The position numbers were made by a program, and so were the translations under genes. The notes below the pieces were generated by a model. It saw only the letters and a program-made list of their open reading frames with translations. It was not told the DNA's origin and did not search any database. From a virus (taxonomy: Duplodnaviria > Caudoviricetes): a stretch of DNA of 64,000 bases. Shown in pieces: positions 18,502-29,076 of this stretch. Within the stretch, counting starts at the first letter, position 1, and each line of letters begins with the position of its first letter. The DNA is taken from the IMG/VR virus record IMGVR_UViG_3300031998_000067, positions 4,153-68,152 of that record; one strand, given 5' to 3'.

Positions 18502-20763
18502 TTATCCCCCGAGTATGATATTGTCGGTATTTCCGAACCACACCTTCGTGCAGTCAAAACGCGAGGTATATCCCGGTATCGGGAGACGGCCACGCACCTT
18601 CACGATATTGCTCACGAGTTCCCATCCGCGATCCTTCTCGTAGTGGTACAGGCCGATATAAAGGTCGGTAACACCCTCCTTCTTCGAATCCAGATAATAG
18701 GTCACGCCGCTCTGCCGATGCGTGTAGATATTGTTATCCATTATCTTCGGCATCTTCAGGGCCGCACCAAGCCTGGTAGCAAGGGTGGCCCCGTCGTACT
18801 TCCTACCCGTACCGGTAGCATAGGTAAGCTGTGAGTGCGAAGGCATGGAGCCGTGAGTGAGGATGTCCCATCCGATGATGCGGTAACGGAGCGCCGGAAG
18901 GCCGTTGGAATAGCCACGACGCACCAGTTGGTAGTTACTCGGCTCGCACTCGCGGAGGGGGTGCGTAACCGTCGGATTGGGATACCGTCGGGTGGTATGC
19001 GTGGACTCCTTGTCCGGACGGGGATTCTGCTGGCGGATAACAGAAGTGTTATCCTTTGACGGGAACCACTGGCCACGACGAGCATAACCGTAGCGGAGAA
19101 GCAGCACACGGTAGGAAGGATCAGCCTTAATCTGCGCCAGAATATCCGCGTCCATACCGTAGATGTCGGACACCCAGTCGTCACCAACTTGCTTCACGAT
19201 AAGATTCGTTGTCGGATTGGTGCTTGTGGGTATCTGCTTCGAGAGACCGATGTCGTCGATGATGTCCTGGAGCGTAGCGCCGGTGATGGACGGGTAGATA
19301 TTCCCGTCCTTATCATTGTCAAACCGCACCGTCTTGGTAATCACGCCGTACTTCGCTATGATGTCCGCATCCTCGATAAACGCCTTCCTCGCGTCCGGAA
19401 GCATCATAAGGTTCTCCTTGTACGTCTGCGGCAGAACACTCGTCGTAGGAAAAGATGAGGTGGTATAGGAGCCAGAGGCCACGACCGCGCCGGTCTTGTC
19501 CGTCACCGTGTAGGTGAGCAGAGAAATGTTGTAGTTGTAGATATAGACGAAGGTGGTGCTGTTATAACGCGCAGTGGCGGTTGCAATACTGCCATCGTCA
19601 TTCAGTGTGGTCTCGTACTCGATATTATATGTCGAATCGTGCACACGACCGTAGGTCTTGCCCCACTTGGAGATGGGAATCATCAGATTCGGAATATCCA
19701 CCGAATCAGCGTTAAGAATCTCCTTCCCGTTGTAGTACCTTCCGGGGAGGTTCCTTTCGGAGCCGTAGGCCACCAGACGAGTTAAGAAGTCCTCCTGGTT
19801 GGTGATGTACTTCCGGAGATTCACAAGACCGGCGTGACGGGCAAACTGGGCGGAGACTCCGGCATTGCTGACGAAGTTCACGCCCCCAACATTCACGACG
19901 ACGATCCACGTAGGAAGCGACTCGCATTCTTGCCCGTATTCATCTTTGATACTGCTCGGAACGGTACTGCTCGCGCTGCGGTATGAGAAGGTGTAATATA
20001 TCCCGGTCTCTTGCTCCTCCGCATCGGAAATACGGCCGTATTCATCGTAATCATAGTTCCAGGTGCAGGGGACGAAGACCATGCTCCACCCAACGGCGGG
20101 CCAGACCTCCTGGATATTATTCAGTCCGTCAAGGACGAAGCCGTCGATGGTGACGGCACGAGCCTCGGCGATAAGCTCCTCATAGGCTTCCGCATTCTCT
20201 CCGCCAAGCGTCGTGATCGGCGTCACGGTACGCTCATAGGAATAAGCATTGGAGGTGCAGAGCCAGAAATAGAACTTCACGCCCTTCATCGGATTGGTGG
20301 CCGCAAGGCTCAAGCGGTAAGCATCGGCGCAAGCCTGGAGGCGGGCAAGGATACCGGCCACCGGCTCGAAGGTTGAAAGACCGCTCCGCGTGGAATAGTG
20401 AATGAGGTTATCGTTCTCGACCTCCATATCCACGAAAGGCACAAGGGAGAGTATCTGGCCATAATCGTGGAACTGCACGCCGGAATAGACGAAGCCGCCG
20501 CCATAAAGACCTCCCTCGGCCTCTTTCTTCGGCTGAGGGATAGAGAAAAGCATAAAGCGGAGGTTGGTCGCCCCGATGAGACCGGCGCCCCAGTCCACAT
20601 AGTCGCCGACATTCCACGCGATAGGGTAAGGACTGGCAATGGTGAACTCCAGATAGGATATGTTTACGGTCTGGCCTACATACTTCATCTTCCCATAGAC
20701 CCTATCGCCATGGGAATTGAGTTTATAGTTTCCGCTCTTGTCATATATCGCTATCTGTGCCAT
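18502..20763 (-). CDS. tail tip/hub protein, N-terminal part
   Basis: Follows Dit; FLTRLVAYGSERNLP and KYGVITKTVRFD..IYPSI motifs. Confidence 0.75.
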   Translation of the reverse strand: MAQIAIYDKSGNYKLNSHGDRVYGKMKYVGQTVNISYLEFTIASPYPIAWNVGDYVDWGAGLIGATNLRFMLFSIPQPKKEAEGGLYGGGFVYSGVQFHDYGQILSLVPFVDMEVENDNLIHYSTRSGLSTFEPVAGILARLQACADAYRLSLAATNPMKGVKFYFWLCTSNAYSYERTVTPITTLGGENAEAYEELIAEARAVTIDGFVLDGLNNIQEVWPAVGWSMVFVPCTWNYDYDEYGRISDAEEQETGIYYTFSYRSASSTVPSSIKDEYGQECESLPTWIVVVNVGGVNFVSNAGVSAQFARHAGLVNLRKYITNQEDFLTRLVAYGSERNLPGRYYNGKEILNADSVDIPNLMIPISKWGKTYGRVHDSTYNIEYETTLNDDGSIATATARYNSTTFVYIYNYNISLLTYTVTDKTGAVVASGSYTTSSFPTTSVLPQTYKENLMMLPDARKAFIEDADIIAKYGVITKTVRFDNDKDGNIYPSITGATLQDIIDDIGLSKQIPTSTNPTTNLIVKQVGDDWVSDIYGMDADILAQIKADPSYRVLLLRYGYARRGQWFPSKDNTSVIRQQNPRPDKESTHTTRRYPNPTVTHPLRECEPSNYQLVRRGYSNGLPALRYRIIGWDILTHGSMPSHSQLTYATGTGRKYDGATLATRLGAALKMPKIMDNNIYTHRQSGVTYYLDSKKEGVTDLYIGLYHYEKDRGWELVSNIVKVRGRLPIPGYTSRFDCTKVWFGNTDNIILGG

Positions 20764-21347
20764 TATGCTACCTGGATAAAGAGTCCTTCTTCGGTGATGA
20801 TGTACTTGGAATCCTCGGTGCCGAGCAGGTCACTGCGTCCGGCGCTCGGGTCGGTGGTGATCTTCTTATTCTTCGAATCGTAGTACAGAGCCGTCAAGGG
20901 GTCGTTCACCTTGAACTTGACCGTGAAAATCGCACGGGCGTAGCCATCACGGGCCACGAAAGAATCCTCCTCATAACCGGCGTAGTGCACCTTCTGGCGC
21001 CCGATACCGGTGTAGTCGTCATAGATAAGGAACTCGCCTTGCTTGATCTTGGCAAAGAAGTCGGCAATCTGCCCACGGAGGAGTTTTTCGGAGTCGTCAC
21101 CCTCCGGCACCTTACAGTAGAACTTCACGCTCAACTCCTGGGGCTCGAAGAACTGCGAGGCGACATACTCATCGTCGCCATCCGCGTCCTTCCAGTCGTT
21201 GTTGTACGGCGCCTTGGGATTCGGCATTATGGGGTACGGATTAGACTTGGCAATAAGGCCGAAGACCTCCGTACTCCAGGCCGCAGGGTCTCCCGTGGTC
21301 TGGATGTAGAAGGGTTTGTAGTTGTTTATGAAAGGTAGCCAAGCCAT
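20763..21347 (-). CDS. distal tail protein (Dit-like)
   Basis: Directly after the tape measure; YNNDWKDADGDDEY...YDDYTGIGRQ. Confidence 0.7.
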   Translation of the reverse strand: MAWLPFINNYKPFYIQTTGDPAAWSTEVFGLIAKSNPYPIMPNPKAPYNNDWKDADGDDEYVASQFFEPQELSVKFYCKVPEGDDSEKLLRGQIADFFAKIKQGEFLIYDDYTGIGRQKVHYAGYEEDSFVARDGYARAIFTVKFKVNDPLTALYYDSKNKKITTDPSAGRSDLLGTEDSKYIITEEGLFIQVA

Positions 21348-21351
21348 AGCA

Positions 21352-21384
21352 CAAAGTTACTATAAAAGTCCAACAAATTACAAC
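21352..21384 (-). promoter_or_regulatory. internal late promoter upstream of Dit
   Basis: On the minus strand TTG-N21-TAACTTTG in the tape measure-Dit gap. Confidence 0.6.
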
Positions 21385-21385
21385 T

Positions 21386-24300
21386 TTAATTGACCAACTG
21401 CACTTTTATTGATTCGCCAAGCCCAGAAGGCATCGAGAAGTCGCGGATGAAGCCGTCGAAACGCTGAAGCATAGCCTGTGTGTTCTGCGCCGTATCGAAG
21501 GTATTTGCGGCCACTTGTTGCAGATAGTCGTTGAGGGTGATGTACCTTCCGGCCTGGCCCTCCACGGCCACCGCAATGCGCTCCCACTGCGTCTTGCCGT
21601 AGGATACGTCAGCGCGGATTGCATTGAGATAGGAGGCAAGGAGGTTGGCCGTGTCCTCGGTGATGGATTTGATGCCGTTTCCGAGGGATTTGGCCGAGGT
21701 CTCATCACCGGCGTTCCAAGTGTACCCAAGCATCTCCAGAGCGGCAGTTGCGCCCTCCATTGCGTCGTTCCAAGCGGGAAGCGCCTTCTCTAATCCGACA
21801 TTGAATTTCACCAAGTCGTCAATCCAATCATAGTCAACCGCAGAATCAAACGAGGTCATTGGATTACCCTCAGCGTCGATGCCGAAAGAGTGGCGCATAT
21901 TCTTCTCCAACTCATCAAACAGAGGTTGCAACGTCTTGGCGAAAGCAATCTCCATCATAAGGCTCTGGATAGTATTCCCGATATAGTCGTGGAGGTCGTC
22001 AATGGCACCATATACATCCCCGTTGTTAAAAGCATCGATGAGCATATCCTTGATACTCTGACCAATATCGCCAACCACATCCTCGACATTCTCATTGAAG
22101 GTATCAAGCGCCTCGCGCATAACCTCCTTAATCTCCTTCCAGTGGTCGATAATGGCCTTTCCGGCCTCATCCATCTGGTTATATCTCGCAAGGACCTCAT
22201 CGGTGAGTTCGAGCGTCTTCGGATCAAATATCTTCCCACCGGTAAGGGAACCCAGAGACTCGAACACATCCACCATCTTCTTCGAGGTGAAGGCGGCGAC
22301 GATACCACCCGCCACCAAGCCGACTGCGGCGCCAATCAATGTGGTCGCCCACGAGAATACGCCACCACCGGCGGCAGCACCAACGGCGGCACCGGCGGCG
22401 GTCATTTCGAGGACCGTCTTCGCAGTATCTCCCCAGTCTTGAGCCTTCTTCTGTCCGGTCTTGACTTGGATACCGGCCATCTTCTGCGTCTGGGCCAGAA
22501 GTTTCTCCTGAGCCTTTCGCATCTGCTCCGTTGCGGCAAGGGCCTTGGCATAAGGACTCTCTACGCCAAAGACGTTCGCTTGCTTGTATCCGAAGTGAGA
22601 GAGGTATAGATTCTCAAATTCATAATCGGCCTGTTGAAGTTCAAGTTCCCACTCTTTAGCGGCCTCCTTCATCTCCTTGAAGTTCTCGATGGCCCTGGCG
22701 GTAACAGATACGATATTCTCAATCGCAATCATAATATACGAGGCGGTCCCGGCACCCTTGCTCATCGCACCGGTGCTTACCTTCTCGTATATGTCGGCCA
22801 TAGAGGATATGGAACTACCGGCATCGCTCAAAGCGTCGCCGATACCTTCCCAGTCACCACCAAATTTGGAGATAGCTGAACCTATCTTGCCAAGATAACT
22901 ACCAACGGACTTGAGGTCTTTCGCCAACTGCTTAACCTTCTTCAACTCCTCGTTATCAACAAGATCGTCTATCTTGGTGTTAAGAATCTGCTCGATTAGC
23001 TTCAAGAGAGTGTCAAAGGAAACACCCAGATTGTCGGCATCCTCTTGCACCTCCGGAGGAATCATATCCGGCAGTTCTGCCTTTAATTCCTCAAGGCGAG
23101 TCTTGAGCGTTTCAATCTCCTGGATAGTCCGGAGGTTGAGATTGGAAAGGTCAATGTTCTTCTCTTCAAGCATTGTCCTTACCCACTCATCCGCCATTTT
23201 GTCTATCTGCCTCTGGGTGACCTTATTATTGTAATTCGTCTGCGTTTTAAGCAGAGTATCGATAGCGTCCTTTTGCTCCGTGTAGAAGGCCACCCAAGCG
23301 GCATTAGCCGCCTCATCGTCGGCGGTCGGATTCTTTATCTTGTAGTCCGCGATCCACCCATCCTTGGCCTCGGCGAGTTCATTGAGTTTCTGTTCCCAGT
23401 CGGTTCTTAACCGGCGATTCTTGGCATCAGTATCGACAAGAACCTTATCCAAGTCTGCGGCAAATCCCTCAAGGTTGAGGCGCTTTGTTGCGGCCCCCAG
23501 GTCTTCCAGAGATTCCTTGAACTTGCTCGTAGCCTTCTGTGCGGCCTCGATGCTACTGGCATACGCCCTCCAGTCTTTTCCGGCGGCGAAATTGCGAATA
23601 TCCTCGGCGGCGTGCTTGTCGTACTTATCCATCTCGACGGCAAGAGCCTCAAACGCCGATGCGAAACCGTTTTTCGGTATGCCGGTGCCGAAATAATTGG
23701 TAAGAAGCCCATCGATAGCGGCATCATCGAAACCAAGCGACTTGAACTGATCATACGCCGCCTTCAGTTCCTTGAGGTTCTGGAAGTTCTGGTTGATGTC
23801 AGAAATCTTCTGCCGAATCCTCTCCCTGTACCTCTGCTGGCGTTCGCGCCTCTCTTGCTCTTGGCGCCTACGCTCTGCCTCTGCGGCGGCGGTGCTTCCG
23901 CCGAAGTCCGGCGTACCGTAAAGACCGGTAGAAATGGCTTGGAGCAGCAGTAGGTTGAGCCAATAATTCGCATAAACGCTATTCTGGAGATTTGCATACT
24001 GCGAAGGCATTGCATTCAAATCCGTCTGCGCCTTATTGAGCCCCTTGGTCCACTCTGAAATCATATCGCTCAGGTCGTCGGTCATTTCGACACGATAACT
24101 GTTTCCATGATTTTTGTGAGCCTCAACAAATTCGTCAATCGCAGAATCCTCCATCGTGCCCATTTCCTTGAGGGCCTTCCGGATGGTTTCTCCGAAATCG
24201 TCAATTACCTTATCAACATCAGCTTGCCACCCAGTCTTTTTGTTCGATAAAACGCCAAGCTGTTTCGGAAACTGTTTGAACAGCTCCTCGATAGCCGTCT

Positions 24301-26698
24301 TAATCTTATCCGACGTGCCTTCCGCCGCGAATTTCTCGCGCAACCTATCAGCAAACTGATCGACACCATCTTCCGACAGAAATCCAAGGCCGCTACTCTT
24401 TATAAACCAGTCAAAGACTTGGTCTTGCTGCTCCTTGGTTAAATCTCCATACGAGGTATATGTTTCACCTTTATCAAAAGACCAACCCTGTTTATCGTAT
24501 CCCAATAATGAAAACAACGCCTCGTTGAAAGTCCGGCGCGTAGTTGACATTTCGTGGGCCGCGAGCATATCGTCAGTCTCATTAAGCGCATCCTCATAGT
24601 CGCGCATAATGGCTCTATACTTATCGACATACTCGTCAAGAATCCTTAAAATCTCGTTGGAATAGTCTAACTTGTTACCGGTCTTCTCCCCGAACGCCGC
24701 ACTCATCTTGGCGACCATCGGGCCCATTTCAGACCGATCTATATCACCAAGAACGTATCGCCACGCCATCGTTGCATACGTCTTACCCTCTGACTTATTT
24801 TTGAAAAGATTGGTTACATACTTCGAAAAGCCCCTCGATAAATTCTTAACGGATTCGTCCCTATTCTGTTGAAGGTCGTTATGGGCAGACTCTCTGGCTT
24901 CGTCGGCATAGTATTGGTTCATCTCCATACGAGCCCTCGCCCAATACTGGCCAAGTTCATCGACGGTTGTCGCCAACTTCATATTGTCGTCAACGAACTT
25001 CGGGAACTGTTTCTTCAAATCATCAACCGACTTGTAAAACGCCTTCGTTTCCTCGGTAGCGTCGCCAGTTGCCTCTTTCATCTTTATGAATGCAGACTCA
25101 ACACGATTGGCCCCTATCTCGAAGTCAATCAATGTCGCATTCAGCTTGGCCATCGCGTCGTTGACGATATTGATATGCTTGTTAGCCTCTTCGCTCAACT
25201 TTCTACTGCGTTCAATCAGAACCCAGATTACCGTAGCGAGCATAGATAGGATCGCAAACAAGCCCTTTCTTGCGGCCGTGATTGCGGCCGTGAGCCTCAA
25301 TTCCTCCTTTTGATTCTTGAGGTGTACCTTCTCCAGCGCATTCTGGGTGCCAAACAACACATTGCCCCAAGTGAGATTCTTGTTGCGTATAATCTCAAGG
25401 CTGTTTTGAAGCGTGGTATAAGCATTCTTTGCCTTGAGTAATGTGTTGTGTATCAACAGAAGACCATTGTAGAGGCCGAGATACTTTATAATGGCACCAA
25501 CGAGCCCGATCCATTTTTCATAGTTTGCAAGAAGATTGGTGATGCCGGTGATGATTCCCTTGATGGTTCCAGAGTTCTCATTGCCGATCTTCGAAAGCAT
25601 AATCTCCCACGCATCCTGGAGGTTGGAGACTTTACCCTTGACCGTCTCGGCCAAAACCTCTTGCATCTGGTAGAACTTACCACCGGCAGAAGTCATTCGG
25701 TTGAAAGCCTCCTCCACCATAGAGAATGGCACCTCTCGGGCAGAGATGCGCTCGAAGACTTCGCCAACAGAAATAGCGTGACCCTCAATTTCCTGGAACT
25801 GCTGCGCCAGTTCTTTGAGGATAGGAATACCGGCTTCTGTGAACTGACGGACTTCCTGGCCACGAAGGAACTCGGCGGAACGCACCTGGCCATAAGCAAG
25901 GATGATACGGCCCATATCCACACCAAGACCGGCAGAGACATCCGCCAGCTTCTTCGTGGTCTCAAACACCTCATTTACGGGGATTGAGAATGCGGTCAAC
26001 TGCTTCGCATAGGAAGTCAAGTTCTGGAACGTGAAAGGAGACTTGACCGCCAGAACTTGCAACTGATTGAAAATGCGGTCTGCGGCGGCAGTGTCCTGAA
26101 GAATAGCACGTAGAGCAGTGTGCTGAGCCTCAAATTCGCCAGTGATGCGCACCATATTGCGCACAATCGATACGGCACCAAAGAGAGACGCATACTGCGC
26201 AACATACGACCCGAGGCCCTTCAAGACGTTGCTTTGCAACATCAATTTCTGGGTGTTCAAGCCGATAACCTCACCGGTCTCCTTTTCAAGAAGTTTCCGG
26301 CGTTGAGCATTCGATAACTCCTTCCCTTCAATATCAAGCTGTTTCTTTCGGAGGTCATATTGCTTCTTCTCCTCCTCAAGAATCGCCTTATCGACCTTGA
26401 TAATATCATTCAGTTGCTTGAGTTCCTTGTCGGTAATGGTCCCGGCCGCTTTCTTCGCTTCCAACTCCTGACGGGTCAGAAGCACAATCTCCTTCTGGGC
26501 CTTTACCTTCTTCTCGGTGGCCTTCGAGCCTTTATTCTGCGCCACCTCGAGGAGATTGGTAATAGCAAGAGACTCCTTGACAGACTTCTCGAATTTCGCT
26601 GTCAAGCCTTCAATACGCTTCATCTCGCTCTCAAACTTCTTCGAGTCAAGAACGAGACTGAATTTCAAGCTATCTATGTCGTTACCACCACCGGCCAT
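21386..26698 (-). CDS. tape measure protein
   Basis: 1770 aa, Ala/helix-rich, tape-measure domain (RIILAYGQV...QFTEAGIP), hydrophobic Gly/Ala segment. Confidence 0.95.
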   Translation of the reverse strand: MAGGGNDIDSLKFSLVLDSKKFESEMKRIEGLTAKFEKSVKESLAITNLLEVAQNKGSKATEKKVKAQKEIVLLTRQELEAKKAAGTITDKELKQLNDIIKVDKAILEEEKKQYDLRKKQLDIEGKELSNAQRRKLLEKETGEVIGLNTQKLMLQSNVLKGLGSYVAQYASLFGAVSIVRNMVRITGEFEAQHTALRAILQDTAAADRIFNQLQVLAVKSPFTFQNLTSYAKQLTAFSIPVNEVFETTKKLADVSAGLGVDMGRIILAYGQVRSAEFLRGQEVRQFTEAGIPILKELAQQFQEIEGHAISVGEVFERISAREVPFSMVEEAFNRMTSAGGKFYQMQEVLAETVKGKVSNLQDAWEIMLSKIGNENSGTIKGIITGITNLLANYEKWIGLVGAIIKYLGLYNGLLLIHNTLLKAKNAYTTLQNSLEIIRNKNLTWGNVLFGTQNALEKVHLKNQKEELRLTAAITAARKGLFAILSMLATVIWVLIERSRKLSEEANKHINIVNDAMAKLNATLIDFEIGANRVESAFIKMKEATGDATEETKAFYKSVDDLKKQFPKFVDDNMKLATTVDELGQYWARARMEMNQYYADEARESAHNDLQQNRDESVKNLSRGFSKYVTNLFKNKSEGKTYATMAWRYVLGDIDRSEMGPMVAKMSAAFGEKTGNKLDYSNEILRILDEYVDKYRAIMRDYEDALNETDDMLAAHEMSTTRRTFNEALFSLLGYDKQGWSFDKGETYTSYGDLTKEQQDQVFDWFIKSSGLGFLSEDGVDQFADRLREKFAAEGTSDKIKTAIEELFKQFPKQLGVLSNKKTGWQADVDKVIDDFGETIRKALKEMGTMEDSAIDEFVEAHKNHGNSYRVEMTDDLSDMISEWTKGLNKAQTDLNAMPSQYANLQNSVYANYWLNLLLLQAISTGLYGTPDFGGSTAAAEAERRRQEQERRERQQRYRERIRQKISDINQNFQNLKELKAAYDQFKSLGFDDAAIDGLLTNYFGTGIPKNGFASAFEALAVEMDKYDKHAAEDIRNFAAGKDWRAYASSIEAAQKATSKFKESLEDLGAATKRLNLEGFAADLDKVLVDTDAKNRRLRTDWEQKLNELAEAKDGWIADYKIKNPTADDEAANAAWVAFYTEQKDAIDTLLKTQTNYNNKVTQRQIDKMADEWVRTMLEEKNIDLSNLNLRTIQEIETLKTRLEELKAELPDMIPPEVQEDADNLGVSFDTLLKLIEQILNTKIDDLVDNEELKKVKQLAKDLKSVGSYLGKIGSAISKFGGDWEGIGDALSDAGSSISSMADIYEKVSTGAMSKGAGTASYIMIAIENIVSVTARAIENFKEMKEAAKEWELELQQADYEFENLYLSHFGYKQANVFGVESPYAKALAATEQMRKAQEKLLAQTQKMAGIQVKTGQKKAQDWGDTAKTVLEMTAAGAAVGAAAGGGVFSWATTLIGAAVGLVAGGIVAAFTSKKMVDVFESLGSLTGGKIFDPKTLELTDEVLARYNQMDEAGKAIIDHWKEIKEVMREALDTFNENVEDVVGDIGQSIKDMLIDAFNNGDVYGAIDDLHDYIGNTIQSLMMEIAFAKTLQPLFDELEKNMRHSFGIDAEGNPMTSFDSAVDYDWIDDLVKFNVGLEKALPAWNDAMEGATAALEMLGYTWNAGDETSAKSLGNGIKSITEDTANLLASYLNAIRADVSYGKTQWERIAVAVEGQAGRYITLNDYLQQVAANTFDTAQNTQAMLQRFDGFIRDFSMPSGLGESIKVQLVN

Positions 26699-26726
26699 TG
26701 TATTGTCGTTTTAAGTGTTGTCAAAC

Positions 26727-27159
26727 CTAATCGGCATCGCCATTGAACACCTCTTCCACCGTGTACCCCTCCTTCTCCTGGCGGGCCTTTCTTCTTGCCG
26801 CAGCCCTCTCATCCGCTTGCCTCTGGAGTTCGAAGGCCGGATCATTGGGATTATAGAGTTTGTCCCCATCCTTCGCCTTGTAGTTGTAGAGCGTATGCGG
26901 CAGATCGCTCTGCATCAACTGCTTTTTTGCGCGGGACAGTACCGCGTATGAATCCCACTCCGGGACAGTCACAAGACCGAAAAAGAATCTCCGCGACAGT
27001 CCGTACTGCGGGAAATCCTTTATGAAGGCTGCTCTTCGCCCGATTTCGGTGTAAGAGGGGATGGGCTTTGAGTCGCCATTGTCTTGAGGTCGGCTCTTAT
27101 AGCCTTCCCTAATCCCAAACTCATCGAATACCAGTTCAAGAGATTTGCCGTTTTTTTTT
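26727..27159 (-). CDS. tail chaperone T segment, -1 frameshift extension
   Basis: Open -1 frame from the A9 slippery site to the stop just before the tape measure. Confidence 0.65.
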
Positions 27160-27529
27160 GAGCCTCTGCGAGCACGCTCGCCACCTGGGACTCGTCGAGT
27201 CGCCAGACGTAGGCCCACCACCTCCAAACCAGAGGGAACCACAAACGCAGTTTCCAATAGTCATTGAGAACATAGCATACCGCGATCTTGAGGTTGAGAT
27301 ACGGATGCTTGGCGACGGAGCGCATCAGGTCTTCCGCCTCCTTCGCCTGTTCCTCCTGTTCCTCCCTCTCAAGGAGAAGCCTCGTTACCTTATCCACCGT
27401 GCAGTCACGGAGAAAGCCCAGCTTCACTTTGTGTCGTGTGCCGGGGATAGATACTACTGTCGGGGTGTCGTTAAGAATCGACATCACCGCCTGTCTCGCC
27501 GCAAGGGAGGGCTGTTTTTCTTCTGCCAT
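27020..27529 (-). CDS. tail assembly chaperone G
   Basis: Between major tail and tape measure; contains CAA AAA AAA ACG. Confidence 0.75.
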   Translation of the reverse strand: MAEEKQPSLAARQAVMSILNDTPTVVSIPGTRHKVKLGFLRDCTVDKVTRLLLEREEQEEQAKEAEDLMRSVAKHPYLNLKIAVCYVLNDYWKLRLWFPLVWRWWAYVWRLDESQVASVLAEAQKKTANLLNWYSMSLGLGKAIRADLKTMATQSPSPLTPKSGEEQPS

Positions 27530-27540
27530 AATCGTGAATT

Positions 27541-27575
27541 AAAAAAGGGACGGGCGATTAAAACACCCGCCCCTT
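27541..27575 (-). terminator. intrinsic terminator after the major tail gene
   Basis: Minus strand AAGGGCGGG...CCCGTCCC followed by a T run. Confidence 0.65.
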
Positions 27576-27596
27576 GGGTTTGGATTTCCCCCGATG

Positions 27597-28172
27597 TTAC
27601 TGGCTCACAGCAGTGGCCGTAGGCAGAGGAGTAACCACGATGCCGTTCACATCTGCGATGCAAGCGCCCATGATACTCATAACCTTCGGGTTGGTGTTGT
27701 CGCTTCCCTTCGGGCGGGAGAGACGCATCTTGACGTGGTTCAGGATGATGGCGGTCTTCTTGCTCTGGGAGACAGCGAGGACCACAACCTCCTTCGTCTT
27801 GGCTGCGCCGTAACCCTTACCGGCATAGGTGAAGCCACCATCCGGAGACTTGACACCGGAGACGGCGGAACCCTCCTCGAAGAAGTAGGACATCAGAGCG
27901 AGGTTGATCGAGGGGATGTCACCGGTCATGGTGTACTCCTGATCCTCGGAGAACTCGTCGTCAATGACCTCGTGCTTCTGGTCGAGACGGATAGGGTTGG
28001 TCGAAGGGGACCCCTCGTCGAAATTCAGAGTGCCCTCCAGGGTGAAGAGGACATCGGCGGCGGAGAAGTCCGTAGGGGTGCTATACGAAACCGTAGGGTT
28101 GTACGGGAGTATAGCGAGCTGGGAATTGCCAATGTGCAAATCCTGCTTCATAGCGGAAGTAAGTGTTGCCAT
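27597..28172 (-). CDS. major tail tube protein
   Basis: 191 aa; position before the chaperones; highly biased codons. Confidence 0.75.
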   Translation of the reverse strand: MATLTSAMKQDLHIGNSQLAILPYNPTVSYSTPTDFSAADVLFTLEGTLNFDEGSPSTNPIRLDQKHEVIDDEFSEDQEYTMTGDIPSINLALMSYFFEEGSAVSGVKSPDGGFTYAGKGYGAAKTKEVVVLAVSQSKKTAIILNHVKMRLSRPKGSDNTNPKVMSIMGACIADVNGIVVTPLPTATAVSQ

Positions 28173-28177
28173 AGTAT

Positions 28178-28567
28178 TTAGCTTGTTTTAATGTTCACAA
28201 ACAATTCGATAACCCTCGCGTGGTAGCCATAATCGTCGGCGATATCCCCAAGCACAGAAGGAGTCTGGTCGAACTCATACTTGCCTTCGAAGCCGGGAAG
28301 CCCCGCCCGGAAGGCATTGTACATCTTGCTCAACTTCAACCCATTCTTGAAAGCCTGGGTATCGCGGGCGAAAAGGTAAATCAACACTCGGCATTGGCCG
28401 TATGCGGAAACGTCTTCAACTCTGCCACTTACGGACACAACGACGAAATCATCCTTCGGGGACGGCGTTGCCTTGGGCCGGTTAGAGTACACGGTCTCGG
28501 AAACCCCGGCGCTACGCACGATACCCTTCAGGGTGGTCTCTATGTCGGTAATGTCAAAGTTGTTCAT
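28178..28567 (-). CDS. tail terminator-like protein
   Basis: Position; NRPKA...DDFVVV and DDYGYHARVI pattern. Confidence 0.65.
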   Translation of the reverse strand: MNNFDITDIETTLKGIVRSAGVSETVYSNRPKATPSPKDDFVVVSVSGRVEDVSAYGQCRVLIYLFARDTQAFKNGLKLSKMYNAFRAGLPGFEGKYEFDQTPSVLGDIADDYGYHARVIELFVNIKTS

Positions 28568-29076
28568 TGCTGCATTGCGACCTTAACGTTCTTTCGGTAA
28601 TACCACGGAAAGTTCTGATGCGCGGAGACTTTGAGCAGTTCTTGGAGCTTGGTTTCGAACCTCACACTATCGTGGGGCTCTCCGCTCTCTCCTACGGAGG
28701 TGGGAATGCCGCCTTCATCGTGCTCGGAGCCACCCTCGAAAGGATGTACCATAAGCGCGGAGAAAACGCCCTTCTGCCCTCCGTTGCTCCTCATCGCCTC
28801 CTTCTTCGCATCGTCCTCGGCAGAACCGTATTCATTGGGCTGAGCCAGTACACTGGCGCCAGACCCAACGATAGCGGTCTTGTCTGCAACGGCCCAACCG
28901 TGCGAATCAGACTCCTCTGTATGGTGGGTGTGATACCCACCCTCGAGTTGCTGGTGGAGATTGATAGACTGCTCAAGAGTCCGCGACATCTGGTCGCACA
29001 GAGCGAGATTCCCGCCCTTGTGGACTGCTTCGCGGAAAGCCTTGAACTTCTTTCTAATAATCTCCTGATTCGTCAT
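28564..29076 (-). CDS. tail completion (HK97 gp10-like) protein
   Basis: Position in the neck module; inferred mostly from synteny. Confidence 0.5.
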   Translation of the reverse strand: MTNQEIIRKKFKAFREAVHKGGNLALCDQMSRTLEQSINLHQQLEGGYHTHHTEESDSHGWAVADKTAIVGSGASVLAQPNEYGSAEDDAKKEAMRSNGGQKGVFSALMVHPFEGGSEHDEGGIPTSVGESGEPHDSVRFETKLQELLKVSAHQNFPWYYRKNVKVAMQQ

